A stretch of 64,000 bases of DNA from Bilabrum cf. latius (taxonomy: Eukaryota), in contig OZ237759.1 in the NCBI GenBank assembly GCA_965178125.1, positions 372,001-436,000 of the forward strand. The letters are read 5' to 3'. The translations under genes were made by a program, and so were the position numbers. A model generated the notes under the pieces. The model saw nothing but the letters and a program-made list of their open reading frames with translations, was not told the DNA's origin and made no database searches. Shown here in pieces: positions 49,452 through 62,377 of this stretch (within the stretch, counting starts at the first letter, position 1; every line of letters begins with the position of its first letter).

Positions 49452-49973
49452 TACACTGGGTCCAAACCAGATACTGCGCTACGCACAAAACGAGTTGCCG
49501 CAAAACGAGTTGCCGCAAAAATCCACAATGGATTTAAAAGAATAAAAACCATAGGTAACCGGTCAGACTGTTGTCAGGGCTCACCGCCAGCCCGTAGGCG
49601 GCGGGACGTTCATCGAAGGCAAAGCAGCGACCGCCAAGCAGCCGTAATCTGCCCGCCACACCTCCCGTGTCGGCCCGTCCAACTCAATTCGTCCTCCAGG
49701 TTGGATAGTTCGTCAAGTTCGAAGGGAACAAGAAGAAAGAAGACACTATGTAATGATCCTGAAAGAATCTGGTCTTAATTATCCATTAGCCGAATGGCTG
49801 TATTTATATTGGAAATGGTGAATCGTTAGTCGACACAAACGGGACTGCTCAAAGCTTGCCACGTCAACTTTGGTGTTCAAGCCCCACCTAGCTAGTAGCC
49901 TCCCGCACCCGCGAGAACTAACGCAGCAATTCGAAGTAAACGAATGAAAAACATCAGAATCACACTTATACAA

Positions 49974-51360
49974 TCAGGACAGCTTCTATCTGACCACCCT
50001 GTCCGCCTCGGACCCCGCATCCAGCACCCCTGCATCGAACACCAGCGAGGTCAGCCACCACACCGCAAAGAACACAGGAATCAGCACGGACAGGTACTGC
50101 CCCCAGCCCTGCAGAAGCATCTCTGACACAGATGGTCGTACCCACACCGGCTGTGGCGAAACGCGGGCGTACATGCGCATGGAGAACGCCCGCGTTCTCC
50201 TCAAAGCGGGGAAGGCAGCCTCGGCAGCAGCCGCCGCCGTCCCAGTCAGCGCAAGGCCCTCCGCACCGTACGGACGGGGTCCAGACCCCGTCTCTGGCGT
50301 CCACGCCACATCAGGCTAGAACTAAACGGTAAAATTCCTGTCGTGGTACCTCCTGAGCAGCTGCTCGGGGCTCACCTCTGCCTGCCCGTACACCCTCGCA
50401 AAGTCCACTAGGTCGTTGCCTCCCGTGGGATCCAGGAACCCATCCGCTACCCTTAGAGGTTGCCTCTGGCGAAGCACCAGCTCTCCGTCAGCGTACAGGC
50501 TCGCAGCGGGTCCCCCCGCCTGCGCGTGCATGACCATGAGCGCGTCGGTTCTCAACCGCGCCCTGTTGTGCAACCGCACCCGCAGCGGGGCGGCGGCGGA
50601 CACGCCCGTGATCACTTCGTCTCGCTGCATCGGAATGCTCGCCTCAATGAAGAGCGCCTCTGCGCGGGCGTCGCCTCTAGAATCCTCTTTCCGCAGCTGC
50701 GCGTGATGCAATCAACAGGAGCGATAGTGGATGCAATCGAAAGGAGCGATAGTGGGGAGCACGGGTGAGTGGGATTGGACGCCGCGAGAGACAGGGGCCA
50801 GCTGTTTAGATGCGGTGGCTTAGCATAGCTAGCAAAAGGGCCCATAAAGCTGCGCGCAGCCCGCATTGCTAAATTAAGGCCAACTTGGCTGCACCCGGTA
50901 GCGCGCCCTTCTCACACGAACTGTCATCGGCCGGAGCTCAACTCCGAGCACATCGGTCACGTACTCGCGATTGCTCCATCCTACCTGGAACGGAACTCTC
51001 GCTGTAGGTCCGCCTACAGCATCAGCGGTAGTGTTGACCACCCTGTATCCGTTTGCTAGCACAATCAAGTCATCCGTGGCCACAATATCCGGCTGCTCAT
51101 ACTACACGTACTCCCGCAGCCAGAACCGTCCGGAGAAGGAAACAAGATACGCTGGGATTACAATGATAGCTACTATCGACAGGACGCAAAAACAACAGGG
51201 CAAGCTCGCTTCCGAGGCGCGATACCGCCTAGCTAGTGGCTGGCAGTTTACCTGCGAAAATACCGGTGGTTTGGGGGGTCAACTTCGGATTTCTTCTACG
51301 CAAAGCATCCTATGTATATATATGCATATAATTTTACTATCTACTTACAGTAATCGGCAT
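49974..51360 (-). CDS. TMEM231: Ciliary transition-zone protein TMEM231
   Basis: MPIT|VNCQPLARRYRAS, FWLREYV*YEQP, DGELVLRQRQPL, RRYHDRN and WGQYLSVLIP; two introns; four TAGs; TGA at 49974. Confidence 0.85.
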
Positions 51361-51477
51361 TATTGGGCACTCAATGCGCAGGTTTGTGGATCGTTTGAAA
51401 CCGTCCCGAAGCGGTTGCAACCTGCAAATTGCCCGTTCGGCGCAGGACTGCAAATTACGTCGAACTCAAAGGTCGGT
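51361..51477. promoter_or_regulatory. Putative 117-bp bidirectional promoter with a central GGTTGCAACC palindrome
   Basis: Lies between divergent ATGs at 51360 and 51478; the palindrome at 51413-51422 is at the midpoint. Confidence 0.45.
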
Positions 51478-53168
51478 ATGGCGTTTGCGGAGGCGTATGG
51501 TGTTGATACTTTTGAAGATAATGGCGAGGCATAGCTGCCACAGCCAGCCGGTCCTCCGCCAGACCCGGTGTCGTCCATTGTTGGAGCAGAAGGAGAAGCC
51601 CAGATCTCGTTACTTACCCCAACCAGACTGCAGGAGCCCGCAGAATTCCATTCTCCTCCACGAGCATCGCATCCTACACATGGTATTAGGACGACCACAT
51701 TCATAGTGAACCAGCTCTTTGCTAGGCTCAAATCAGATGCAAGGTGAGTACGAGTTGCCGTTGCGCAGACGCCCATTTTGTAGTACGCATGGGAACGGTG
51801 CCCTTGTGTTCGGAACCATGTTGATGAAGTTCAAGATACACATGTACTCGCGCGCAGGCCGGTCGTCCACGGATCTAGCCTAAGCGCAAAGGCGGACTAT
51901 TCAATGCTATCAGCGGCGAGCAAACGCTCTGGCGATAGGCAGGCATAGGCAGTGCAATAGTTCAACCTGGGAGTAACGAACGATAATAATGAAAAGTACA
52001 GGAAAGCAATCGAAGTGAGCCATAGGAAGGTTGTTGTAACAGGCATTTCCTGCAATCCATGGTACGCGGCCGTGCAACCAAAATTACGTACCGATGTTGT
52101 CTAGCCTGCTGGAACGCGTCGCAGTGCTACAAGAAATTTCTACTGGCATGCCCCGCCGCTCCCCAACTCCGATGTCTGGGGCTGAACGCCATCGCGATTT
52201 CGCACGAGTGCGCCGGAGACCTCACCAAAGCGCTCGCATACCACGCCGAGCACGCCAAGGTCGCGACCGATAACCGGAATAGAGTCGTGGCACTGTGCAA
52301 TGCCGGGCTCGTGCATAGGAAGCTGGGCAACCTCCCCGATTCAGACGCCTGCTTCGAGAGGGCGCTCTAGTTCGCGCAGGGAGGTTCCGCTGGTGGCGGC
52401 GCCGCGCACGAGGGCAAGGGTCCCGGTGGTGACGCTGGTGGGGACGTCCCCGCGGATCCAGCTGGTGAGATGCTGGCTTGGGGGCAGCTGGGACTGAACG
52501 CGTCGCTGCGGGCCAGCAGGGGGAGGGCGGCTGTGGCCTCGCTGGCGGGGGCGTCCCCTGCCGCGGTGAGGCAAGTGCTTGTGGCGCCCCCTGTGACGAG
52601 TGAGGGGGTAGGCATCGACAGCAGCCGCAGGGGCACGGCCAGCACCCCTTCTGGAGAGGGTGCATCGCACGGCGGTGGCGAGCTGGCCTCGTGCGCTGGG
52701 GACAGCTCTGACCCGGAGAGGGCGGAGCGAGGCATCGCTGCTCTGGGCACGCAGCTGCAGATGCAGCAGGCTTTCGACGATCCGAGGAACACGGGGGCTG
52801 TGTTGCAGGCGCTGGGCGTGCTGGCCCAGTCCCAGGGGGGCCACGACGACGCCGCGAGGCATTTCGTGGATGCATGCGAGGCGGGCACCGCTGCGGGGGA
52901 CACGGTGCGGGCCATGGCGAGCAGGTGCTCGGCGGGGGTTGCAACCGGGGAGGCCAGGCTTGCTGAGCTGCTGGAGGAGCGAGCCGCGGCGGCGTTCGAG
53001 GCTCGGGCAGAGTCGCTCGAGGTGCAGCTGCGGCTGGCTGCGATGCGGGAGGAGGAGCTGAAAGCGAGCAAGCAGGCCGAGGAGGGGAGGGCCAGGCTGC
53101 TGGAAGCGAAAAGGAAGGTGGTTGCGGAAGCGGCGGCATCGCGCAAGCCTGGCAGTACGGTACGTTGA
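51478..53168 (+). CDS. TPR-repeat protein
   Basis: Spliced FNLGVTNDNNEKYRKAIE|CYKKFL and ALCNAGLVHRKLGN; two introns; four TAGs; ends TGA. Confidence 0.72.
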
Positions 53169-53332
53169 ATGTTTAGGGGATACATAGCGCGTTTTCAGGT
53201 TGACTTTGTGCTCCACCGAACCACGAGAGCGAAAGCCACGCCGGGCGTTGGCGAAGGTTCCCATCGGCGAGGGTTCGCAGCCTGAGAAATCAATAGAATC
53301 TAGGGCCTCCTGCAGCGCAAGCTGCTGTTGCG

Positions 53333-55774
53333 ATGCCACGTCTTACTGCGTGTGTGTTTATTTGCTTTATGCACTAGTTAGTGCAATCGCAGATCGTATT
53401 GAAGTCTGGAAGTGCCCGTGACATGGCCAGAGCTGGCGATACATCGATAGCTAGGAATGGGGTCATTGTCGAAGAATTTGATTTACCCAGTGTTCTATCG
53501 TTCTCCGAACGGAGCTTTGCCGGGCCGAATGAGCACGATGAACTGAAGGGGAAGGCGAGCCTGCTTCGCTGGATCACTGCTAACGGCGGAGCGATGATTA
53601 GCTTGAACGTGAAATTGTCCGGATCTGCAGGATCACTTGTTCAAGCCTCCAAATCTTTTGGTCCCGGCGAGCCAATGGTCCGTATTCCGCCACACATTCA
53701 GATTCGGTCTGAGACGGCCTGGAATACGACCGCGCTCGTTCCAGCCTTGCGCCTTCTATCGCCGAGAGGGCCTGCTTGGAAAACTGATTACGCTAGCCAC
53801 GAGTATAAAGAAAGAATTGCAGCAATTGGAGTGCCAGAACATGATCAAGATCGGGTCGCCAAGCTGGGGAGGTACACCATCGAGAACCTGCTTCTCCTGT
53901 ACCATGCCTATGTTCACCGCGGGGACTCGTTCTTTGCCCCTTTCGTAGCATCGCTGCCAGTCAACCTAACTTCATCCATGTTCTTCGATGACAGTGCAAG
54001 GTAGCTCGCAAGCGTAGTTGGCCTCTACGGGAGCTACTGCAAGGAGTACGACCGCATTGTAAGAGGACTTGCTCGGCTCGTGGATGGGCCACTCCACGTT
54101 GCCGCTCCGGAGGCATTTCCAAAGGAATCCGATATCACGGAGGTTGAGCGCCGAATGCGCTGGGTGCTTGGCATCAGCCTGTCCAGGTCCCACGGCGGAA
54201 GATTCAAGGCAGGCAACACAATCGTGGAGTTCGACCGGTAGAAGAACGAGACCAGGCGGTACACGGTACAACGGGATGACCCGCCCGCCATCGTGCCATT
54301 TTCACTAGCAAATCATGGGATCGCCGGGATCATGCCATCCGGGGTCATCCAGACGATGCAACCTGGACTAGGCACAGCCTACGTGTGGTCTGCTGGCCCT
54401 GCCGGCTTGCAAGAGGGAGATGAGGTGAGGCACTGCAGTCCGGGCCATCTATTGCATGTTCCTTTGTATCGATTGGCACGTTTGTGCTCTCGTGCTTGCT
54501 TACGTGTACATGCCTGTCTGCCACTAGTCGGTGACAAGCACCTCCCACCTCGATTCCCACTGCTCGCACCATTCGCTTTCCCGCCGCACCAAAGGACCCC
54601 TCCATCATACCGCAATATACCGCAGCTACTACAGAGCTATCACAACATACATCATCAGATGCAGACTTGGCGGTGGGCAGGATCCTACGGGTTCATACCT
54701 GCCCCGATGGAGCGGTCTCACAGGGACGTGCCACCGAGTGCCATGCCCAGACTGGCCCCCGTCCCCGAGGCACAAACCACAACCTACAACGGTCAACCAT
54801 CGCAGCGAAACACACCGAGCACTGGAAGCGTGGATCCATTTAGAATCCGAGGACAGTCTGGGTCTAGCCTGGTGGAGATCCCCACTGACCCTGACACCGA
54901 GCAGCAGCTGCACCCCTCCCTGCCTGGGTCCAGGGGCTTCAGCGAGGCCGACTCGTTCATCTTCTCATTCACCATCAGCGTGCCCACCTCGTCCGCAGAA
55001 GGTGGCATCCAGGCCAACGCCCTCTTGGGCGCCCTCCTGTCCCAGACATGGCTGGACGATGCCGGCAGGCGAGCGGTCACCCGGGCACAGGCACAGCTCG
55101 CTGCAGCCGAGCCTGCTGCGGCCGAATCAGGCGATGGCGAATCCGCCGCCGCTGCTGCTCATGACAAGGTGACGTTCACCCTTGGCGGTTCATCTGTCTT
55201 CGTGCTGTCCAACCAGTCGTGGGACCGCGGCATCGTGGACATCGCGAGGGCCGCCACCGCCACGCCCCAGGAGGTCATTTCGGGCAGGCTGCGGGATGCG
55301 CTGGACGCAGGGGAACCGGTGAGCCTGTGCAGCGAGCACAAGGCACTGAGAATCATCGCTAGCATTGCCAGGAACAGTAGGAAGGAGCAGTTCCAAGGGG
55401 TGAAAAAAGTTCTCGCCGAGCACCCGGCACTGGGGTTCGATCCCAGGAACTGGTCCCCGACGGCCCACGTGGCATACGACATGCACCTGTCGGATTTTCG
55501 CGCCGCGCTGTTCTTCGAGCGGTTCGCGGCCGAGCTGTGGGCCGGTCTGCTGCTATCGAGCGGCAGCAGTGGTGGGAGGGGTGAGGGCGATGCCTATGAG
55601 GGTGCGGGTGTGGGTGATGCCGACGATCCGGGGGCGGTGGATGGGGAGGGGCTGTCCCCTGGCATGCGGTCTCGCCGCGAGGCGGCTCATCGAGCCCGGG
55701 GCAGAGGGGTGGGTCCTGAAATCCTGCGCGCTCCCGTGGGGGACGTTATGCCCAGCATTGAGGGGCTGTGCTGA
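53333..55774 (+). CDS. SET-domain (Rubisco-LSMT/SETD3-like) protein
   Basis: LLRWITANG, GEPMVRIP, SFFAPFVASLP, IVPFSLANH, GDE|LLQSY and YGFIP; intron about 54425-54625; TAGs at 53375, 54002, 54239. Confidence 0.72.
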
Positions 55775-56106
55775 AGGGCGAGAAACTGCCACTGGCTCAC
55801 TTGGCAGCTTGAGTGCTGACGTAGGCGGTGCATGCTCAGTCGGTGCGTGCTCAGTCGGTGGCTGGTTGACTGTAGCTGGCCTGGCTACGGGGCTGGATGG
55901 AAGCAGGGGGGGACCAGACATCTCCCCAATGTTGTATGTTGATATGATTTCTAGTAGAGACAGCTACGAACAATGTCATTCTGAATATGCTTCAGTACGC
56001 CATCCGGAGCCGAGCCACCAACTTGAAGATTAGCAAAGATCGCAGTTGTAGGCGTTGCAAGTTCACATCTCGACAGCCCAGGTGGAGATCTAATGCACGT
56101 AGACCG

Positions 56107-57549
56107 ATGAACGCGAGGTTGAGGCTGGACGATTCGTAGGCCAAGCGTAGACGAAAACCCAAAACCTTCACAACACCATGTGTAGCGTTTGGAGTCCTGG
56201 TTGGCCTGTCATTCGTTGCAACGGCATACCTATCTGGATGGCTCAATATATTTGCTCGAAATCAGGACTCTGGTCAGCATGAAACATGGTACCACGCTTT
56301 CTTTGGGGGGGAAGGCGGACGAGACATAGCCGATGTGCTCGATGAGTATTTTCAGCCAGGTGGCTGCTATGAGTGTGCAAAATTGGATGTCCAGGCTGGA
56401 TCAGCAGACTATACTCAAAGTAGTAGTGCAGCATCATTGCATCCTGCGGACGATTGGACCAAAATGATCGCTGTAGCATCTGACTGCCGCAACCGAGCGA
56501 GGCGTGCGATCGCACGGGCTACATGGGTCCCAGCAGCGAGACGGCTAGGTTTCGACGTAGCTTTTGTCGTAGGATCTCATTCAGAATGTGATCGCCCGTC
56601 TGTACCCGACGAAAGTGCAGATCAGCCGGGACAAGAGGCTGCGGATGCACGCATCGTCTCAGAGATCGACGCGGAGCGAGCCGCGAACGGTGGCGACGTG
56701 GTGGGCCTTCCAGTGCCTGAGAGCTATGCGAACCTACCGAAGAAGACGTTGCTACTGATGCAATGGGCCGCAGACCACAGCCCGCCCATCGATCTCCTGT
56801 TCAAGGCGGATGACGACGTCTTCGTGGATGCCGCTCGCCTCCTGCAGCGGTTGAGGCTGCTCGCCGACAGGGACATCAGGCAAGGAGCAGGGACGTACAT
56901 GGGATATTTCCACAACGACTCGAAGCCAGACCCCAGGCCGGGCTCCAAGTGGAGCGACCCGGTCTACGAGGCCACGGTCGGGGAACAAGCCCCCTACATG
57001 CCTTACGCCGCAGGGCCATTCTACGGTCTGAGCCAGCCGGCGATCGCGTTCTTAGGGAGGGCGGGTGCGGCAGGCGCCCTTCGCACGGATTGGAAGAATG
57101 AGGACGTGTCGGTGGGCCAATGGCTGCACGGCACTGCGGTGCATCGGCACCACGAGGAGGGCGTGCTCAGGTACCTGGAGGGGTCGACGAGGGACAGGGG
57201 CAGGGTGCCGTATGCGCTGCACATGCAGTCCTATCAGGAGGCGCTGCCGGGGATGGGGGTGGAGATGGAGACGGGGGTTGGGAGTGGTGTGGCGGGTGGT
57301 GGAGGTGACGGTAGCACAGGGAGTGGTGGAGGTAGGCTGGCCCAGCGGGCTGTGCGGGGGGTGCATGGGGGTTCGAGCGGGAGCAGGGACGCGGGGGCAG
57401 CTAGTGGGAGTGGGAGGCTGTCCTATCGCTCGGAGCAGGGTGGCTTGTCTCGTTGGGAGCGTGACGAGTGGCTGGCCGTTGTGGCGGATGCAGTCGCGGC
57501 GAGGGTGGCGGGAGGCGGGCTCGTGAGGGGAAGGTGCTGCGGTTCTTGA
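56107..57549 (+). CDS. GT31 family (beta-1,3-galactosyltransferase-like) glycosyltransferase
   Basis: Type II TM anchor; RRAIARATW, ESYANLPKKT, LFKADDDVFV, PYAAGPFYGLS and NEDVSVGQW motifs. Confidence 0.88.
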
Positions 57550-57720
57550 TCGTGCCATCTGCGCTGCTTGATTGTTCTATCTGGGTCACCAGGCGATTTT
57601 CACTACCGGATTGGCAAAGTTGATTATTGCGAACCTTCGCTGCGGTTCGTTTTTCGTGAAGCTGTTCTGGCCGTGCTCAGCAGCACACCTTTTGACCCGC
57701 AGATTGTGTAATTGAATGAC

Positions 57721-60700
57721 ATGAACCATGATACGATTGGTGAACTATTTGACAGTATCGACACGAACCAATGTGAGTTGATTCCTTTGAATATAGCGCA
57801 GACGAGAAATGCACGGACCGCAACTTGCGTACCGGCCAATCGTTCCACTCTGTACTCAACGGGTCGCAGCCGGGTATGTCAGCCGCGCTGAGGCGCGGAA
57901 AGGTCTTGCCGACTTGAAAGTACCATATACATCATCCTAGCTCGATGCCTTTGTTCGTGGGCTTGACCACGATAACGACGGCATCATTTCCCGGGCTTAG
58001 TTCATCTCGTTTGTGCTAGTTCGCCAGGAAGCGATGCGCAACGCATTCATGCAGCTTGATACCAATGCGGACGGGAAAATTACCCGCAAGGATCTCCGCG
58101 CCGTTGCGGAGCGCCTCGGGTACCAGCTGTCTGCGAGCGAGCTGGACCAAGTTCTTGCAGTCGCCGATACCGATGGTGTCGGTGGTGTGAGCTTCGAAGA
58201 GTTCGCCTCCCACCTGCTGCTGGTGGGAGACAGTCACCCGGAAGGGACTTTCGAGCAATGGCTGGCCCACAGCGCCGTGGTATTCGAGGCAGACACGGTG
58301 GAGGTCGTCGCCGAGGGCACAGCCGACGAGCCCTGGTGGATCGCTCCCTCTTCCGGGGCACTCGCAGGCATGTGCTCAAGGACGCTCACGGCACCTTTCG
58401 ACCGTCTCAGGACGGTGCTCCAGGCCTGGGACATGCAGCCCATGCAGGCGCCCGCCCCCGCCGGAGCCACTGGCGGTGGGACTGGCACTGCCGCTCATAG
58501 CCACCCGGTTGCAACCGGTTCCGCGCCAGGCCGGCCCCCGCTGGCAGTCTACTCACCGTACCACCCCCTGGCAGCCCGAGCACTTGCTCGAGGAGCAGAT
58601 GCTCCTGTGCTCGCTTCTGCCATGAGAGAGGCGGCCCGCGCTGAGCACAGGCCCTCCCGGCCCACCGGTGCTTACTCGTCACACCGGGATCTCGCGGACT
58701 CGTCACACCTCTCCGACGGACGAGGCACCCAGCACAAGGAGGGCATGCACGCTGCCTCGGGGAGCAACTCCGCGAGCAGCAGCAAGACGGCCGCCGCCGC
58801 GGGGTCGCAAGAGGCCGCGCCGCGACCGCCCAGACGGAGACGAGCCGCCGCGGCGACCGGCCTGCCGCCCGAGGCCCTGGAACCTCAGCACCACCAGAGC
58901 CACCGTCCCAGGGAACACATGAGACCCGCATTCGAGGGCACACTACCGCACGGGGATGGCAAGGGCCGATAGGGTACAGGCCACGACCCAGGGAACACAA
59001 AGGACGCCGCTGCCTCTGGCGAGCGCCCCCGCGCCAGGAAGCGCCCCCGGCGGCCCCCCGCAATGCACCTGGTCAACCCGGTGGATAGGGCGGTTGCAAC
59101 CGGCAGGCTGGAGCGGGCCCCGGTCGCGCCTGTGGCGGGCTGGTCCCACCACTCTGCCGTGGGCGATGGTGTGACGAGTGAGGCCGGTCTAGGGCAGGCA
59201 GCAGCAGAGCTATCCCGGTCCAGCGGTGCGCTGGCTCGGGAGGCGGCTGCTAGTCGGGCGGGAGGGGTGGCCGGCGGGGTTGGGGCTGATGCTGGTGCTG
59301 ATGCTGGTGCTGGTGCTGGCCGCCCTGGGCTGGGCGTGGGTGCCGGAGACGCGAAGATTCCCCGTGCCGGTGACGCTCAGCTGGCATGGCGAGGGGGTAT
59401 TGAGACGGCGGGGCTGCAGTCCAGGAGGGCCGGGGGGCGAGGAGCTGCGGGGATGGGGCTGGGGGCGGCGCACCACCATGCAGTGCAACTCGAGGGCGAG
59501 TAGGCGTGGAGGCCCGCGGCCCATGCTGGCGGTCATGCTGGCACGCAGGTGTACCGCTTTGGTGCTGGTGCAGGGGCAGGGGGCGGCGGGGGAGACAGCT
59601 TCACTCAGCTGCTGCGCCAGCTGCAGATCGAAGCAGAGAGCGGGGCACTGTCCGCAATCGCTGTTTCTAGGGGACACGGGGCCGGTGCAGGACACCACCA
59701 ACACGGCCAGTACGAGCACAGCGGGAATGGAGCCAAGCAGCACGGGAATGGGCTGCGGCATTTCGGCGGCTCGCATGGCATGGAGTGGGAGATCGTCTTT
59801 GGACAGGAGGCGGGTGTGGGTGCATCCTCCTCCTCGTCCTCCTCCTCCTCGACTTCTCACCGAGGTGGTCATGGAGGCGTGGGTGCATCCACCGGTGGAG
59901 CTGCCCACCGCGAGTGGCTGCATCAGCGACACGGGCATTCGGAGCAGGGGCACGGGCACCACAGGTCTGACCAGTGGCTCCCCCGGTCGTCCAAGGAGGC
60001 CGCTCGCAAGGCAAAGAGGCACGGGAGGGGCGAAGGGGGCACTCCGTGGAGAACTAGGCCAGCGAGCCACGGGAAGAGCTACGATGCCGATGCGGTCGCA
60101 GAGAAGGAGGACAGGAGGGCGAAGAGGTCGGGCAGCCAGAGAGGCATCCCGAGGGGCCAGCGGTCCTTCCCGCACGTCCAGCCGTCGCAGGTCATGCCGG
60201 AGGGCATCCCAAGGCACCTGCCTCGCCCTCAGGGCCAGGTGGCTGCCCAGGCACTGGCTCTGGAGGTGGCCAAAGCGGGTAGCCAGGCGGCTAAAGCGGG
60301 CCATGCCGCAGCCCATGCAGCGGCTCGCACCAGCGCCGCGATCCCTGCGTCTCGAGCGACAGCCGCCGCCGCTGCTCAAGCTGCCACCAGCGCCGCAACC
60401 GCCGCGCAGTCAGGGATCACCGACGCAGCGGTGTGGGTGCACCAGCAGTCCGGCATCAAAGGTTTCTGGCGCGGCAATGGCGTGAACGTCCTGAAGATCG
60501 CGCCCGAGACTGCGGTCCGGCTGGGCTGCTTCGAGCAGCTCAAGGGCATCGTGAGCCATGACCCCGACAACATCAAGCCACCGGAGCGGTTCCTGGCCGG
60601 TGCGCTGGCAGGTGTAGTGAGCACACTCATCATATACCCCCTTGAGGTGATCAAGACGAGGCTGGCGCTCTCCAGCTCGCAGCAGTACGCGAGCGTGCTC

Positions 60701-61183
60701 CACATGGTGCGGTCGATCCAGCAGAGGGAGGGGTGGCGGGCCCTCTACAAGGGCATGGGGGCCTCCATCATGGGCATTGTTCCCTACAGCGGCACAGAGC
60801 TGATGGTGTTCTCTCTCCTTCGAGACGCGTGGTCGGCACGGTATCCTGATAGGGAGCCCGGGGTGCCCACTCTCCTCATGAGCGGGGCTGCGGCCAGTGC
60901 CTGCGGGCAGCTGGTGAGCTACCCCTTGCAGCTGGTGAGGACCCGGTTGCAGGCGCAGGGGATGAAGGGGCGCCCTGTGCTTTATAAGGGGGTCTTGGAC
61001 TGCTTTCGAAAGACCCTGAAAGCTGACGGGTTCCTTGGTCTGTACCGTGGGATCGCCCCCGGCTTCATGAAGAGCATCCCCTCGTGCATGATCAGCTTCA
61101 CCGTGTACGACTCGGCGCGGTCGCAGCTGAGGAGAATGCAGCCCAAAAAGGGAGGCGGCAAGAGGGGGAGGCGGCAGTACTGA
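57721..61183 (+). CDS. EF-hand Ca2+-binding mitochondrial carrier (SCaMC / ATP-Mg/Pi carrier-like)
   Basis: Four EF-hands, then carrier signatures PFDRLR, PLEVIKTR, PLQLVRTR and FWRGNGVNVLKIAPE. One 5' intron; TAGs at 57938, 57988, 58970, 59501. Confidence 0.88.
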
Positions 61184-61363
61184 ACGATCCAAGGATCGGA
61201 TTTGATCACGTCAGTGGATCAGATCAGCGCAGCGTTAGTCCAGATTGGACTATCATGCGAAGGAAAAAAGATGATTTTATTTACATGCGATGCGTGCAAG
61301 ATGTCATTGAACACGTTAACTAGCTTGAAGTGGATACTTTTTATTGCCAAACAACATAAAATG

Positions 61364-62143
61364 TCATGTGGCACCTGTCGATGGAGCCTGTCCCGATGCC
61401 TCGCTGGACTCTTGCACCATGGACTTAGCGGGTGTTTCTTCCACGGCATGATGCGTTGACTGCAATGCGGATTCTGGTGCATGGGCGGGTCGGTCCTTCC
61501 CTTCGCTGGCATCGGTTCCACCGCTGGCCCCGGAAGGAGCAGGTGCTGCTGCTTCCAGTGCACCGCCTGTCATTGCGCGAGCAGTAGCAGATCCATCCAC
61601 ACCGTCGGATTCGCCGGACGGGAACGATGTCGAATCGTATAATCGAACACTTACAACTCCACAAGGTATCGTTTTTACTGGCTCCCATCCCTTCACGCTG
61701 AACATGTGCGTTACGAGACGAGCGCCGGCGAGCACGGCTCGGCGAAGTAGAGGCCTGACAGCACGCAATCCTTCCGGTTTCAAGTAGCAAAATATAGCAG
61801 TTGGATCACGCCCTACAATATCCCTCCAAGGTGTTTCCATGCCATCCCCATGAACGATTGATATGCTGGCTGCTGTGCTAGGCTCGCCTGGTCTGCTAGT
61901 AATCGCTTCCTGTGCCTTCTTGACGAGGCTCTCGTCGCATTCAATACCAATACACTCGCATTTGTACTTTGCCGCAGCCGCAAGGAGAACTCTACCATCG
62001 CCGCACCCAACATCCATCAGCAAATCCGAAGAGTTGAGGTCCAGGAGTTCAAACGCTATTGAAACTGCATCAGTGCGAGTTGGATTGAAGGGGGCCAAGC
62101 GGTGCTCTGGAGGTATACCATGAAATGAAGCAACCGACGCCAT
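61364..62143 (-). CDS. Class I SAM-dependent methyltransferase (FAM173-like)
   Basis: LAPFNPT, LMDVGCGDGR, IGIE, IFCYL and GARLVTHMFSVKGW motifs; ends TGA. Confidence 0.8.
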   Translation of the reverse strand: MASVASFHGIPPEHRLAPFNPTRTDAVSIAFELLDLNSSDLLMDVGCGDGRVLLAAAAKYKCECIGIECDESLVKKAQEAITSRPGEPSTAASISIVHGDGMETPWRDIVGRDPTAIFCYLKPEGLRAVRPLLRRAVLAGARLVTHMFSVKGWEPVKTIPCGVVSVRLYDSTSFPSGESDGVDGSATARAMTGGALEAAAPAPSGASGGTDASEGKDRPAHAPESALQSTHHAVEETPAKSMVQESSEASGQAPSTGAT

Positions 62144-62377
62144 CAAGAATGGTTGGCTTTGTCCTGAGAGTATTGAATGGTTCGGGTCAACAGTCGGTCA
62201 CTGCGGTGCAGTTGCAGTTCGTGGTGATGATGATCCCTCGAAGCTCTTATGGCGCCGAGATAGCTCAAGTGGAGATTCATACAGCATAAACAATATGATG
62301 GTTTACATACAACAAGTTCCTGCAGCTCTTCCTTCCGATCCCGCCCCTCACTACTAGTAGGGCAAGTAGCACGCTCG

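Noticed and set aside
51360-51776. 138-aa minus-strand ORF as the TMEM231 N-terminus
   Set aside because: It is antisense to exon 1 of the TPR gene. TMEM231 similarity begins at the ATG at 51360.
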